NCBI GenBank assembly: GCA_030747695.1 | Contig: JASLKG010000005.1 | Span: 24,599 to 88,598, forward strand | Origin: Candidatus Poseidoniaceae archaeon | GTDB lineage: Archaea; Thermoplasmatota; Poseidoniia; Poseidoniales; Poseidoniaceae | DNA length: 64,000 bases | Direction of reading: 5' to 3' | Shown here: one piece after another, positions 29,480 to 40,554 of the stretch | Layout of the letters: the number at the start of each line of letters is the position of its first letter | Numbering within the stretch: position 1 is the first letter of the stretch | Program-made: the position numbers and the translations under genes | Notes under the pieces: generated by a model | Database searches by the model: none | What the model was told of the DNA's origin: nothing | The model's input: only the letters and a program-made list of their open reading frames with translations

Positions 29480-32400
29480 GTGGACCCATTGAAACAGGCA
29501 CAATTTCTTGCCCTACTAATGTTGCTAGCGCCATTAGCAGCAGCTGTAGACCAAGCAGATTGGGAAGGTCCTGAGCAAATACCGTTAGGGGGATTAAATC
29601 CATCTAATTCTACAATAGATGGTTTTTCTTTGCCAACAAATGCAACAGTAACAAATGCCGAGTTTGAGTTAAGTCCTAGCTGGACTCAAGCAGAAGATAA
29701 TGGCACTTATTGGGCAGGTGATTTCCAGAATGGCTTTTCTAGTGGTGTATTCAATGGAACAACAGCCTTAGGCCAAGATAGTAATTTACGATTGGCAACC
29801 AATTCAACTTTTGGAGCAATGACTGATTTTGAGACTACGATTGAACAATTTTCTAGTTGGATTGTAAATGGCGATGATGTATGGCAACCAGTAAATTTGT
29901 CATCAGTTTCATATGGTCCTAATAATGCGGTTGATGGCATTATTGTAGCTGGAAGTAATGGAAGCATAAGCCCTGGGTCATTTTCTACATTAAATTCTAA
30001 ATTTTGGCAAATACCAGCAGTTGTAAATAATCTAAATGTCAATTTTTCACATTGGGAATCTTTTGATCAAGATGATTTGTTAAGTTTCGAATTTAGCCAT
30101 GATGGCGGTATGAATTGGTTAGAATTAGATAATTGGTCTGGAGAGAATAATCAATGGCAAAATGAATCGTATAATTTAGATTCATATATCAATTCTACTT
30201 CCGTTGGCCTTGGCTTTAGATTTGTAACTAATACTTCTGAAAATAGCGGAGCAGATGTTGGTGCGTTTATTGATGAATTTGAAATTAGTAATGAAGGGGA
30301 ATCACGAGGAGCTTGGTTCTTCGGAAATGCAAGTGGGCAATATTCAGCAAATGCAGATGGAAGTCTAATTATTCCAGTCGATCTCTCCGGTCTTCAATTT
30401 CCTTTGGAACTTGTTTATTGGGCAAATTGGGATATTGAAGGAAGTACTAATGACAACATGAATATTTGGCTAACGTTGGATAATGGTTCAAATTGGCAAA
30501 TATTGACTGCTCATCCCGGAGTTCCAGGCCATGGGATTACTTACAACGGAGCAGTATATACTCAGATTTCAACTAAATGGATAGAAGTAAGGACTCCACT
30601 TCCATCTTGGACATCTACTCATAATAATGCAAGTCATGCCCAATTAAGATTTCAAGTACAAACAGATGGAGTCAAAAATTTCGGAGGAGGATCAATAGAT
30701 CTTTGGGAGGGGATAATAATTGACGATTTATCAATTGAAACTCAAGCAGGATCTACTAATTCCTCATTATGGACTTTTACAAATATGACTAATACTTCAG
30801 GGCATGTATTGCAAAATGTCACCGGTTTTGCAAACGATTGGCAACATATAACTTGGGAAGGAAATAATGGACCATGGTCTATTTCAGATTCGTTCGAATC
30901 AACTCAAAATCTTCCAAGAGGATGGAAAATAAATCATGAAGATGGGGCGACAACATGGGAATTAGGTGAAATAGATACTTGGAATAGTGCTGGCCCATCA
31001 AGTGGAAATTGGCCGAGTGGATCAAATGGAGTTGCCATAAACCTAGATGGAAGATATTCAAACAATGTCTTCACACATTTGGTTTCTCCTTCATACATGA
31101 TTCCTGTAGGTAGTACGGCTAGATTAACGTTCAAACACTGGATTTGTACTGAACCTGCATGGGATGGAGGGGCGATTTATACTTCAATCGATAATGGTTT
31201 TACTTGGCAGTATTTTGGCGACAATATTTCTGGTTTTTATGAACGTTTAAGCCAAGTCAATACATTTTCACCCTTCCATGGAAAAGGAATATTTGATGGT
31301 AGTACAGTAAACAATGGTTGCGGAAATAATAACACAGCTCATCTATTTACAACAAAGAGTGGTGACATTTCTTATCTGGCTGGAAATGAGGTAAAATTTA
31401 GATTTTCATTTTTCTCAGATACTTTTGTTATTGATGATGGATGGTATATTGATGATGCAGGAATTGAAATTGATAAATTCATTCCAAATGGTAATTGGAC
31501 AAGTCCATTAATTGAAGCCGACGAAGCAGGCTGGGGGCGAATTGAAGCAGTTGCTTCAGTTCCTCAAAGTACTAGCCTAAGTGCAGATGTTTTTGATGAA
31601 AATGGTAATACAATTTCAGGATATGAAAATGTTACATTGCCTATTGATCTTTCAATAGGTACTTGGGAATATCAAAAAATAGGCGTTAGAGTTTATCTTT
31701 GGTCTAGTGATGAAGATTATACCCCTGTAGTACAAAAAATCAGACATGGAGGCTGGGCTAATCTAATTGCAGAATTATTGTACGAAGCTGAACTTAATTC
31801 ACAGATTTCGATAGAAGAAGATGGAACAATACGTAATACGGGCCCTACACCGGTAGATATGTCAATCACTGCAGATTTATGGCGTCCAACAAAACACTTA
31901 CAATATTACTGTGATGGAGATGGTAGTTTATCACTCCCCAACAACATCAATTATTGGAATAATCAACCTTGGCAATCAGTAATTAATTGTAATTTGAATG
32001 ATTTGAATCTCAGTGCACCTGTAACAGAAATACAAATTGACATACAATTAAATCCAGGGCAATGGATTAAGAATTTCCAAATTAGTCCGATTGGTTTGAG
32101 ATCTCCAACTAATGTTTCGTTAGACATAGGTAACAATGGTAATATTGATTGGCATGGAGATGGAAATTTGTTTCATCACACAACTATTGATAGTTTGAGT
32201 GTAGATGGTCAAAACCTTCCAGTTACAGAAGTGTCTAATGGATTTTCAATTAATGTTAATAATTCAATAGAGTTTATGATAATAATGTTGCAAACTTATG
32301 ATTCAAATAATTATGTTAGTTGGTCTCAGGCAATTGAATTTTCAGGAGATTTTCAAGAACATTATACCTTAATTAATCACTCAAAAACGATTGATGGTAT

Positions 32401-35380
32401 CATGCATAATTTAGTAGCAATATCCTTTGAATATACAACTTCTTCACCAAATACATTCAAATTAATTGAAATCGATTTGTTGTCACATGGCGATTTGAGA
32501 TTCAATTTGGACAAAACATATGTTCAATCAATGATGACAGATGACCCAGAAGGAGGTAGCGTAATCCCCGTTACTTTTGTATCACAACGCGGTACAATAT
32601 TGTTCGACGGCATAATTGAACATGATTTAGCAATCACAGATGAGTGGATTACTCTTCCAAGTCAAACATTTATTCCTGATTCTTTTCATCAAGCGATATC
32701 GCGTCATAAAACCCTACCATTTACTCCAGAATTACAATCTATTGAATTGATTATTGCTCCAACAACAGACTCAACAGAATCTCCATTAGCTCACATTGAA
32801 GTTGATAATTTAGAGCAAGGAGGTCGATTTATACAACATTATGGCGCAGGTACAATTTCAATAGATCCGTCAAACAGTAGTTGGGATGGAGAGAATGTAA
32901 CATGGGGGGTAGAAACACACTGGTATTTGGATGATTATTCTAGATTATATTGGTTTGTCAAGGCAACAAATGTAGAAGGGGTAGCGCTTGGACCAGCAGT
33001 TGAATCAACAGGCTCAGGAACCCATTCCGCTTCAACAAATGATGCTGAAGTTGTTGGTTTCAGAGTGCTCGACAACTCTAGAGATTTAGGTGATTTTTCA
33101 GATCCCCTGTGGCCTTTCAAAGTAAGAGCATCAACTACACTAAATGTTAGTGGTGAAGTTCGCTATTCTGGTTTAGAAGGAATTAATCCAAATCCAAATG
33201 ATATAGAATTAAAAGTTTCATTATTACATGGAAATAGTACACTAAATACTCTCAATTTAAGTATTGATGAAGATGGATTATTTTCGGGGGTCATCATTAC
33301 ACCTGATGATAATATTTTGAGTGGAGAATTACTATCAATTCGTTCAGATATAATTAGGATAGGCCCAAGTGAAATTGCAACATCTCTAGATACAACTTCA
33401 GAATTACATGCTGTAGATTTTGTTCTTGATGCAAATAATGGTAATATTATCGATTTATGGGTTGTCGCTCCAGGAGGCATTCAACCTGCAGATGGACATG
33501 TTTGGCACCCTGGCCAAGATTTACCACTTCGTCTCTCTGTAAGCGATGATAATGGATTACCTCCTATAATGAAAATGCATTATACTGCAGGTGGTAATGG
33601 TTGGAATACAATAACATTTCAAACACCGATAGGCCAAATTAATGCAACTATCGATTTACCTTTAATTGATGATGCAGAAATGCAAATTTCGGGCCAACCT
33701 ACAGGTATTGCTGAAGTATATATCAGCGGTAATGATTTAGCAGGAAACGATTTCATTGGAGGAGGGTCTGCTCAACAACCATTGGCAACAATCTTGTTAC
33801 AAGAAAGAATTGATACATATGTAAATCCAAATAGTCTTCAATTGAATCAAGAGAGTGGCTATCTTCTCCCTGGTAATACTCATAGATTTACATTTGAAAT
33901 CTCAGATGGCAACGGTTTAGAATCGATAGATGAAATAAAATTCGGGCTATCAGAAAATGTATGTGAAATTTCTTGGAAGCCTTGGAGTGAAACAATTTCA
34001 CATGATCAATCCTGCTTTATCAAATCACCAAGAATTGAGGTCTTACAAGTTGGAAATGTAGACACTTGGTGGATAGATGTTGATTTCGAATTGCGTTGGG
34101 ACATAAATCCTGAATGGCAAGACACATGGCAAACACCTTGGCTACATATTATCGATGAATCGACTAGAACAGGTGCAGGATTTAATTCTATGACGCCATT
34201 TAATTGGAAATATCATACAGGCATTCAATTACAAATTGATTCGATTAGTGATAATACAATGCCAAAAGGAAAATTGGTTGATGGAGTTGTTTACATACAT
34301 TCACAAGATATTATTGATATTGAAATGGTTGTATATCATTTGGGAATGAATATACCGGCACACAATTTACCGTTTTCAGCAGGAATAGATATTGATTTAA
34401 TTGGAGGGGATGATGAACAAGGATTTATTGAACGAATAAATAGTGATGGTAGCGCATCTCTAAGGGTTGTTTATGATGAATCCCGATATGGTGCACAAGC
34501 AAGATTGCAAGCTGTAATTATTGACTTATCTGGGCACACGATTATAGAAGATTCTGTAGATATTGTAGTAGATAATTCTCCTCCAATTCTAAGTGTAGAT
34601 ATGACTTCACTTGCTAATTTACAATCAGATAATTTGGATCAGGTTAGAATTGATTTGACAATTCATGACTCTCATGGATTGGATAATGAATCTATTGTGA
34701 TGAATTATGCATATATGCGTAAAGGGCGAATCCTCGAAGGAACAATGAGTAATACAACAATTGAGTTATCATTTGTAGGTGATAAGTACAATATTTATTC
34801 ATCACAGGTTGACATTTCTCCACCAAGCGGTGTACTTGCTAAAGAAGACATAGTATTGATTTGGTTTGAAGGTGAAGATGCTTCTGGGAGAGACTTAACA
34901 GGCCTGGGTTCGTCTCAGGTAGAACCAATATTGATCTCAATAATGTGGATGGAATATGAGCCCGAATTAGGGCAGATAATTAGCGACCCTTATAGACCAA
35001 AAGTTGGTGATATTGTTGATATTAGTTTGAATATAGTTAACAATGGCAAATATTCTGGAAATAGTACAGTATTTATTCGAGATAGAGAGGGAATTAGCCA
35101 CGGGATTCAAAATATTTCATTGGAACCAAATCAGATAATTTCTCTTAAATTCGAAGTTGAAGCTTGGACTTTTGGAGATTTAGGATTAGAGGTTATTATT
35201 GACAATGAAGAAGGTATACCAGTTCCATTAGCAGATGTAACTTCACCTGAAGAACAATCGGGTATGCTAGAAGATAAGATGATTGGTATAGCGTTTTTAT
35301 GTTTATTATTTTCAACATTGATACTTTTAGTAGTACGAAATAAGAAACAAAATCAGTTCAATTTTCATGAGGAAGAATGA
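29480..35380 (+). CDS. Giant (~1970 aa) secreted surface protein, C-terminally membrane anchored
   Basis: Signal peptide after GTG 29480; repeated jelly-roll-like S.DGG..W...G..IDD modules; CARDB-like domain (PKVGDIVDI...N.G); C-terminal TM + basic residues. Confidence 0.85.
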   Translation: MDPLKQAQFLALLMLLAPLAAAVDQADWEGPEQIPLGGLNPSNSTIDGFSLPTNATVTNAEFELSPSWTQAEDNGTYWAGDFQNGFSSGVFNGTTALGQDSNLRLATNSTFGAMTDFETTIEQFSSWIVNGDDVWQPVNLSSVSYGPNNAVDGIIVAGSNGSISPGSFSTLNSKFWQIPAVVNNLNVNFSHWESFDQDDLLSFEFSHDGGMNWLELDNWSGENNQWQNESYNLDSYINSTSVGLGFRFVTNTSENSGADVGAFIDEFEISNEGESRGAWFFGNASGQYSANADGSLIIPVDLSGLQFPLELVYWANWDIEGSTNDNMNIWLTLDNGSNWQILTAHPGVPGHGITYNGAVYTQISTKWIEVRTPLPSWTSTHNNASHAQLRFQVQTDGVKNFGGGSIDLWEGIIIDDLSIETQAGSTNSSLWTFTNMTNTSGHVLQNVTGFANDWQHITWEGNNGPWSISDSFESTQNLPRGWKINHEDGATTWELGEIDTWNSAGPSSGNWPSGSNGVAINLDGRYSNNVFTHLVSPSYMIPVGSTARLTFKHWICTEPAWDGGAIYTSIDNGFTWQYFGDNISGFYERLSQVNTFSPFHGKGIFDGSTVNNGCGNNNTAHLFTTKSGDISYLAGNEVKFRFSFFSDTFVIDDGWYIDDAGIEIDKFIPNGNWTSPLIEADEAGWGRIEAVASVPQSTSLSADVFDENGNTISGYENVTLPIDLSIGTWEYQKIGVRVYLWSSDEDYTPVVQKIRHGGWANLIAELLYEAELNSQISIEEDGTIRNTGPTPVDMSITADLWRPTKHLQYYCDGDGSLSLPNNINYWNNQPWQSVINCNLNDLNLSAPVTEIQIDIQLNPGQWIKNFQISPIGLRSPTNVSLDIGNNGNIDWHGDGNLFHHTTIDSLSVDGQNLPVTEVSNGFSINVNNSIEFMIIMLQTYDSNNYVSWSQAIEFSGDFQEHYTLINHSKTIDGIMHNLVAISFEYTTSSPNTFKLIEIDLLSHGDLRFNLDKTYVQSMMTDDPEGGSVIPVTFVSQRGTILFDGIIEHDLAITDEWITLPSQTFIPDSFHQAISRHKTLPFTPELQSIELIIAPTTDSTESPLAHIEVDNLEQGGRFIQHYGAGTISIDPSNSSWDGENVTWGVETHWYLDDYSRLYWFVKATNVEGVALGPAVESTGSGTHSASTNDAEVVGFRVLDNSRDLGDFSDPLWPFKVRASTTLNVSGEVRYSGLEGINPNPNDIELKVSLLHGNSTLNTLNLSIDEDGLFSGVIITPDDNILSGELLSIRSDIIRIGPSEIATSLDTTSELHAVDFVLDANNGNIIDLWVVAPGGIQPADGHVWHPGQDLPLRLSVSDDNGLPPIMKMHYTAGGNGWNTITFQTPIGQINATIDLPLIDDAEMQISGQPTGIAEVYISGNDLAGNDFIGGGSAQQPLATILLQERIDTYVNPNSLQLNQESGYLLPGNTHRFTFEISDGNGLESIDEIKFGLSENVCEISWKPWSETISHDQSCFIKSPRIEVLQVGNVDTWWIDVDFELRWDINPEWQDTWQTPWLHIIDESTRTGAGFNSMTPFNWKYHTGIQLQIDSISDNTMPKGKLVDGVVYIHSQDIIDIEMVVYHLGMNIPAHNLPFSAGIDIDLIGGDDEQGFIERINSDGSASLRVVYDESRYGAQARLQAVIIDLSGHTIIEDSVDIVVDNSPPILSVDMTSLANLQSDNLDQVRIDLTIHDSHGLDNESIVMNYAYMRKGRILEGTMSNTTIELSFVGDKYNIYSSQVDISPPSGVLAKEDIVLIWFEGEDASGRDLTGLGSSQVEPILISIMWMEYEPELGQIISDPYRPKVGDIVDISLNIVNNGKYSGNSTVFIRDREGISHGIQNISLEPNQIISLKFEVEAWTFGDLGLEVIIDNEEGIPVPLADVTSPEEQSGMLEDKMIGIAFLCLLFSTLILLVVRNKKQNQFNFHEEE

Positions 35381-35408
35381 TGTCTAATGGATATGACGGC
35401 ACAGATAG

Positions 35409-35490
35409 GCCGGAGTACCCGAGTGGTCAAAGGGGGCGCACTCAAGATGCGCTGCGAAATGCTTCGTAGGTTCAAATCCTACCTCCGGCA
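35409..35490 (+). tRNA. tRNA-Leu (CAA)
   Basis: Acceptor GCCGGAG/CTCCGGC, anticodon arm GCGCA-CTCAAGA-TGCGC, long variable arm, GTAGG-TTCAAAT-CCTAC; CCA not encoded. Confidence 0.96.
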
Positions 35491-35522
35491 CTAAAATTAG
35501 GTGACCGCGGAAGGAATGGATT

Positions 35523-35966
35523 CTATTCTATCGCTAGATCTGATGTACCAGTAATTAACAAGCCAAGAAGACAACCAAAAGGTGCAACCATCATTGACAA
35601 TATCAAAATTGGACAGGATATGTAAATTGGTTTTTCTGCAGCCATTAATCGGCGCCATGTCCAACGCCCAGCAAGTAAATCGAAGGCAAGATAATGGAGC
35701 CAGCCCACAAGGATTATTTCATCATCTGAAAATAAATCAATTACCAAAGCAGGTGTTGGCATATCACTTGCAAGTGTAAGTAACAAGTTTGGAAGATGTG
35801 GGGTCACAGCTAACGAGTAAGATACAAGTAATGGAGCAAGAAAAATCCACTCATTACTCAGCATCTGCTCTGTTTTTTCATGCTTAGGAAAAAACCACAT
35901 CATTAACCAAAAAGGTAGAATGTAAAGACTAGAGAACCAGAATAGGGCTTCAGTTAAAGTGGCCAT
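35523..35966 (-). CDS. ABA4-like (DUF4281) membrane protein
   Basis: LPFWLMM, GWLHYLAFDL..G.W motif. Confidence 0.85.
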   Translation of the reverse strand: MATLTEALFWFSSLYILPFWLMMWFFPKHEKTEQMLSNEWIFLAPLLVSYSLAVTPHLPNLLLTLASDMPTPALVIDLFSDDEIILVGWLHYLAFDLLAGRWTWRRLMAAEKPIYISCPILILSMMVAPFGCLLGLLITGTSDLAIE

Positions 35967-36062
35967 ATCACCGTGTAAAATAAATCAGTACATGAAATTA
36001 AGTGAAATATCTCTCTCAAAATCTTACTATGTATTTATTGATTGGATTGTATTAGGACTAAC

Positions 36063-36284
36063 ATGGACTTAACCTCAGGCGAAGTGGGGCAAATCATCCG
36101 CATTGTGGTAGGAGTAGTAATGTTGCTGTATGTGGCCAATTGTTTACTCAACCAGAAAGTATGGATTCGTAAGACTTTTTCATGGGGATCAAGGGATGAA
36201 TATCCGAAGATTTTCTTGATGAACATCATTGGCGGAATAATGGGTGGAGTATTGTTGATTGCAAGCCCGTTCTTGTGGAATTGA
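36063..36284 (+). CDS. Small two-TM hypothetical protein
   Basis: Two hydrophobic helices around WIRKTFSWGSRDEYP. Confidence 0.65.
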   Translation: MDLTSGEVGQIIRIVVGVVMLLYVANCLLNQKVWIRKTFSWGSRDEYPKIFLMNIIGGIMGGVLLIASPFLWN

Positions 36285-36338
36285 AATACCTACCAAAGAG
36301 AAGATAGTAACTTTATAGCAAATCGGATTGGCAAGTTC

Positions 36339-37091
36339 ATGAAACAAAGCAAAAACATATGGGTTTTGTTTTTGCTACTTTCTTCTAGCCTTATTGGATG
36401 CTTGTCAGATGACCGATCCGAAACAGCAATCTCTCTCGTAGTTAATACTGAAACAGATAATGGCACACTTGTAGAATCATATTCGAATGGAGAGAAAATT
36501 TCAACAACTAATGTATCCATTGATTTTGATTTTTCACAAACAAGTGCCGATAATAAAATAATCACTTATGGAATTGACACAATGGATGGACGTACCCCCG
36601 TAACGGTAAACGCCAATACAAATTCCATTATCAGAGTTGAATTTTACAATCACGGAATCTACAATGTTAGCGCATATGCTATCGATGAAGATAATTTACA
36701 ACAACACATGACAATAATTATTCGAATCGATTTGAGGATTGAGTGGGTTGAATCAAACACACATGATCCGAAAACTTTGACATTTGACCCCAACCCCGTT
36801 AATGGTGGTCCAAATCCAAAAATGATTGAAGTCAACTCAGTTGTTGAAAATCCTAGTCTAATTGAAGATATTGGGAACGGGGGGCAATCTGTACAGATTA
36901 CATGGAATATTATAGATGAACAAAATGATGTGTGTCAGAAGAAAACAACACAAATCGAAGATGGGGATTCAGATAATTGGCATACAATCCATTTCAACAC
37001 ATTCCAGGTACATGAATTAACAATAACATATGATGATGGCCAAGACAACATCAATGTCAATCATTCGATAGCAATAATCTACGAAAATTAA
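36339..37091 (+). CDS. Putative lipoprotein with PKD-like domain
   Basis: Lipobox LIGC; FDFSQT...GIYNVSAYAID. Confidence 0.75.
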   Translation: MKQSKNIWVLFLLLSSSLIGCLSDDRSETAISLVVNTETDNGTLVESYSNGEKISTTNVSIDFDFSQTSADNKIITYGIDTMDGRTPVTVNANTNSIIRVEFYNHGIYNVSAYAIDEDNLQQHMTIIIRIDLRIEWVESNTHDPKTLTFDPNPVNGGPNPKMIEVNSVVENPSLIEDIGNGGQSVQITWNIIDEQNDVCQKKTTQIEDGDSDNWHTIHFNTFQVHELTITYDDGQDNINVNHSIAIIYEN

Positions 37092-37092
37092 G

Positions 37093-37815
37093 TCATTGTC
37101 TTGATTGGTTAAGCAATGCTTTGACTAAGGGAGCGAAGGTTTCACCATGCATATACGGTGAAACCACATCTGCAATCGCAGCAACTTCGTTAAAACAACC
37201 ACCTACAGCGATACTATGCCCTACATTTTTGAACATAGAAATATCGTTGGGCGCATCACCTATAGCTAAGATCTCTGAAGGTGCGAGTCCAAGTTTATCC
37301 AATACTACTTTCAAACCTTCTCCCTTGGAAAGATGAGACTCCATAAGATGAATTGCAAAGCCAGTTTTTACTACAGAAAGATCTGAGAATTCACTATTTG
37401 CAATCGCATTTGAAATCACATCGACATCTTCATCTGGAAATAGGCACCATTCTGATTCTCTCCATGCGTTAGTGGTAATTCCTTCTGCATTAACGTTCAA
37501 TTTGGAAGCAAGCATTTCTGCAGCTTGTTTTGCACGTGTTCCATCCGCCCTTACTATGGGCGCTGCCCAATCCGGATGCCACACTACGCCCCCATTTTCA
37601 CAAATCATTGGCCCAGATAATCCGATAAATCTCCAAAGCCCATATGTTATTGCACGTACATTCCCAGTTGCTAATATTACAGTAAATCCAGCAACTTCTA
37701 AATCGCGTAAAGCTTCAATTGCTTCAGTATTTATTTTCTTATTTTCGTCAGTTAGAGTTCCGTCGATATCAACAGCAATTGCTTTTGGCTTCCACCCTTC
37801 CGGTAGCCATTGCAT
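37093..37815 (-). CDS. HAD phosphatase, archaeal phosphoglycolate phosphatase (Cof/SPP-like)
   Basis: DIDGTLT, LATGN, ENGG, KGEGL, GDAPND. Confidence 0.9.
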   Translation of the reverse strand: MQWLPEGWKPKAIAVDIDGTLTDENKKINTEAIEALRDLEVAGFTVILATGNVRAITYGLWRFIGLSGPMICENGGVVWHPDWAAPIVRADGTRAKQAAEMLASKLNVNAEGITTNAWRESEWCLFPDEDVDVISNAIANSEFSDLSVVKTGFAIHLMESHLSKGEGLKVVLDKLGLAPSEILAIGDAPNDISMFKNVGHSIAVGGCFNEVAAIADVVSPYMHGETFAPLVKALLNQSRQ

Positions 37816-37890
37816 AAACTCCCCCTATCGAGGGAACTTCAATACTATTGCGATACGAGCATTATTGAATAAAGAATGTACGGCAGGTTC

Positions 37891-40503
37891 ATGCTCGATG
37901 AAGGGGATGCTGAGGAATTCATCTCTCTCGAGGGCGTTGAAGAGGTTACTAAGCAGGAGAAAAAACCTCGTAAAAGGGCAAAATCTAAACCAAAAAGAAA
38001 ACCAATAAAAGAATCTAAGATTGAAAAGGCGGATCAAATAGTGCTTGGCGATTATGGCGGCAAACACAAAGTATCATGGCCAATATTAGATATGGATTGT
38101 CCGGATTGTGCATCAAAAGCCATGAATGCATTAAATCGATTAGATCAAGTGACTACATCAAAAGTTAGTGCAACAGACGGAAATGTAATTCTTGAAGTCG
38201 ATTTTGAAAAAGGGCCTTTATCGGAAGCATCCTCAATTCTCCGTTCATTAGGGCACGCTCCCGATGTGGAGTATATGGAAATGGTTGGTATTAGCGCTGA
38301 AAAATTAGCTGCAAGGCATTCATTACCAGTAAAATCCTTACCAAAATTAATTCGTAGACAGCCAGGAATATTGAGTGTAGAAATCGATAAAGAAAATCGA
38401 ATATTACTACAGATTGTTTCTGAAAAACAACTTGAATTAAATGACGTAATAATGGAATCATTAGATTCGATGACAGGAGAAAAAGTGGTACTAAAAGAAA
38501 CAATTTCCAAGAGAATAACTTTGGGACAATGGCGAATGATAGGATCTGGCTTTTCTTTACTAATGTTAGCATTAATAATAATTCTCGAAATATTTGAATC
38601 AAATTCTATGGTAATTGGAATTTTTGGATTACTTGGTGTATTCGCAGGAGGAACTCGAATGGTCAGGCAAGCATTCGCCTCTATCATAAATCGTCAATTG
38701 AGTTTCCAAGTGCTGACGGCACTTGCAGTGATAGGCGCCTCTTACTTGCAAGCGTGGGAAGAAGCTCTAATGGTCATTATTTTGGTTTCTTGGACTGAAC
38801 ATATGAAAGATGAAGCATTGATTAATGCACGTACAGCGATGCAAGGCGGCCTTGACCGTTTACCAAAAATAGCGAGAAGGATGAAAACAGTAACATCTTC
38901 TCCATTTACTATAGTTTCTGGAAATAAATCTTTGACTATGGCGCCAGTTGATATCGAATCAAGATTCGAAGAAGTGCCAATTGAGTTGATTATGAAAGGA
39001 GACAAGATAGAAATAAGATCGGGAGAATTAATTCCAGCAGATGGAACAATAGTTTCTGGCACAGGATCTGTAAATCGAGCACCACTCACGGGAGAATCAG
39101 TACCAGTTGATGTTGCAGAAGGAGATCAATTACAGGCAGGACTTACTTTGGCAAGGGGGCCAGTTACTATTGTTGTTGATGCTGTGGGCGATGATACAAG
39201 ATTATCTGGATTGATTGAAGCAGTTCATTCTTACAGAGAAAGGCCAACAAGATTACAGGGAATGTTAGAAAATTTCACAGGAGTATGGGTGCCTTTAGTA
39301 TTGTTTGGGGCAATATTTGTTTGGTTAATTAATCCCAGTCAGGATTGGAAAATAATATTGATTCTTTGGGTTGTTGCTTGCCCTTGTGCTTTGTTACTTG
39401 CTTCTCCCGTTCCACATGCAGCAGCATTATCTCAAGCATCAAAATCAGGAGTAATTGCTCGGGGAGGAGATATTCTAGAATCACTTTCAAAGGTAAACCT
39501 TGCATTGTTAGATAAGACAGGTACACTAACTTCAGGACGTCCAAGGTTGGGAGAAATGGTGCTTGCACGTGGACGAAGACGTGATGCGGCTTTAGCACTA
39601 GCTGCGGGGATTGAATCATCCTCGAATCACCCCTATGCGCAAACAATAATCGAAGCAGCCAAAGCAGAAAATTTATCCAAAACCAAAGTAACTAATCTTA
39701 AAGATGGAGAGGCAGGAGTTTATGGCAAAGTCGGTAAATCTAAAGTTGCAATGATTAGAGCATCAGAAGAAGTAGTGAAAGGCAAACTTTTGGAAGCCTT
39801 GAGTGCAGCGAAAGAGGCAGGGCATGGGGCTAGTATTTTGTTGAAAGATGATCGGCCTGTAGCGTTATTTACCTTTATTCATGACGATCTTAGAGAGGGC
39901 GCTGAGGATTTAATAAAATCACTTTATGCAACACATATAGAGGTTGAAATGCTTAGTGGTGACAACCAAGAAGCAGTAAATATTCTTGCAGAAAATATTG
40001 GAATTCGCAAATCAGCAGCATTTGGTGAAATGAGTCCTGAAGATAAAGTAAATTGGGTTGAAAGAAGATCAGACACTCATGTAACTATGATGGTTGGAGA
40101 TGGGTTCAATGATGCAGCAGCAATGGCTGCAGCAGATATAGGCGTAGCAATAGGCGCAGGAGAATCTGTAAACCTTGAAGCAGCAGATATTCTAATTCCA
40201 AGTGATAATCCATTGCTATTAGCAGACATTGTCAAATTAGCTAAGCGCACACATTCTGTTTTGACATGGAACATCATATACTCAGTTGTTATTACTATGA
40301 TTCTTGTTTATGCTGCTCTGGCTGGGATTAATGATAATTTGGCAATAGGAGTTCTAGTACACGAATTGAGTGTAATTGGAGTCATAATCAATGGAGCGCG
40401 ACTTTCTGGTGCTGGTGGAACATTTGCATTAGTAGGAGAAATAATGAAATCAATTTATGTCGGAACTAGGGATTCATTCACGACCCTTCTATCTCGAAAT
40501 TGA
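37891..40503 (+). CDS. Heavy-metal P1B-type ATPase
   Basis: HMA MDCPDC, TGES, CPC, DKTGTLT, HP, GDGFND, TM8 HELS; likely start ATG 37891. Confidence 0.95.
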   Translation: MLDEGDAEEFISLEGVEEVTKQEKKPRKRAKSKPKRKPIKESKIEKADQIVLGDYGGKHKVSWPILDMDCPDCASKAMNALNRLDQVTTSKVSATDGNVILEVDFEKGPLSEASSILRSLGHAPDVEYMEMVGISAEKLAARHSLPVKSLPKLIRRQPGILSVEIDKENRILLQIVSEKQLELNDVIMESLDSMTGEKVVLKETISKRITLGQWRMIGSGFSLLMLALIIILEIFESNSMVIGIFGLLGVFAGGTRMVRQAFASIINRQLSFQVLTALAVIGASYLQAWEEALMVIILVSWTEHMKDEALINARTAMQGGLDRLPKIARRMKTVTSSPFTIVSGNKSLTMAPVDIESRFEEVPIELIMKGDKIEIRSGELIPADGTIVSGTGSVNRAPLTGESVPVDVAEGDQLQAGLTLARGPVTIVVDAVGDDTRLSGLIEAVHSYRERPTRLQGMLENFTGVWVPLVLFGAIFVWLINPSQDWKIILILWVVACPCALLLASPVPHAAALSQASKSGVIARGGDILESLSKVNLALLDKTGTLTSGRPRLGEMVLARGRRRDAALALAAGIESSSNHPYAQTIIEAAKAENLSKTKVTNLKDGEAGVYGKVGKSKVAMIRASEEVVKGKLLEALSAAKEAGHGASILLKDDRPVALFTFIHDDLREGAEDLIKSLYATHIEVEMLSGDNQEAVNILAENIGIRKSAAFGEMSPEDKVNWVERRSDTHVTMMVGDGFNDAAAMAAADIGVAIGAGESVNLEAADILIPSDNPLLLADIVKLAKRTHSVLTWNIIYSVVITMILVYAALAGINDNLAIGVLVHELSVIGVIINGARLSGAGGTFALVGEIMKSIYVGTRDSFTTLLSRN

Positions 40504-40554
40504 TGGTTTTTTTGCGCTACCTTCAAGCCTCATGGCATACAAGGTCTTACCAAG

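Noticed and set aside
35491-37091. Genomic island inserted at tRNA-Leu
   Set aside because: Three accessory-looking genes follow the tRNA, but I found no duplicated tRNA 3' end or integrase; at most a small variable patch.
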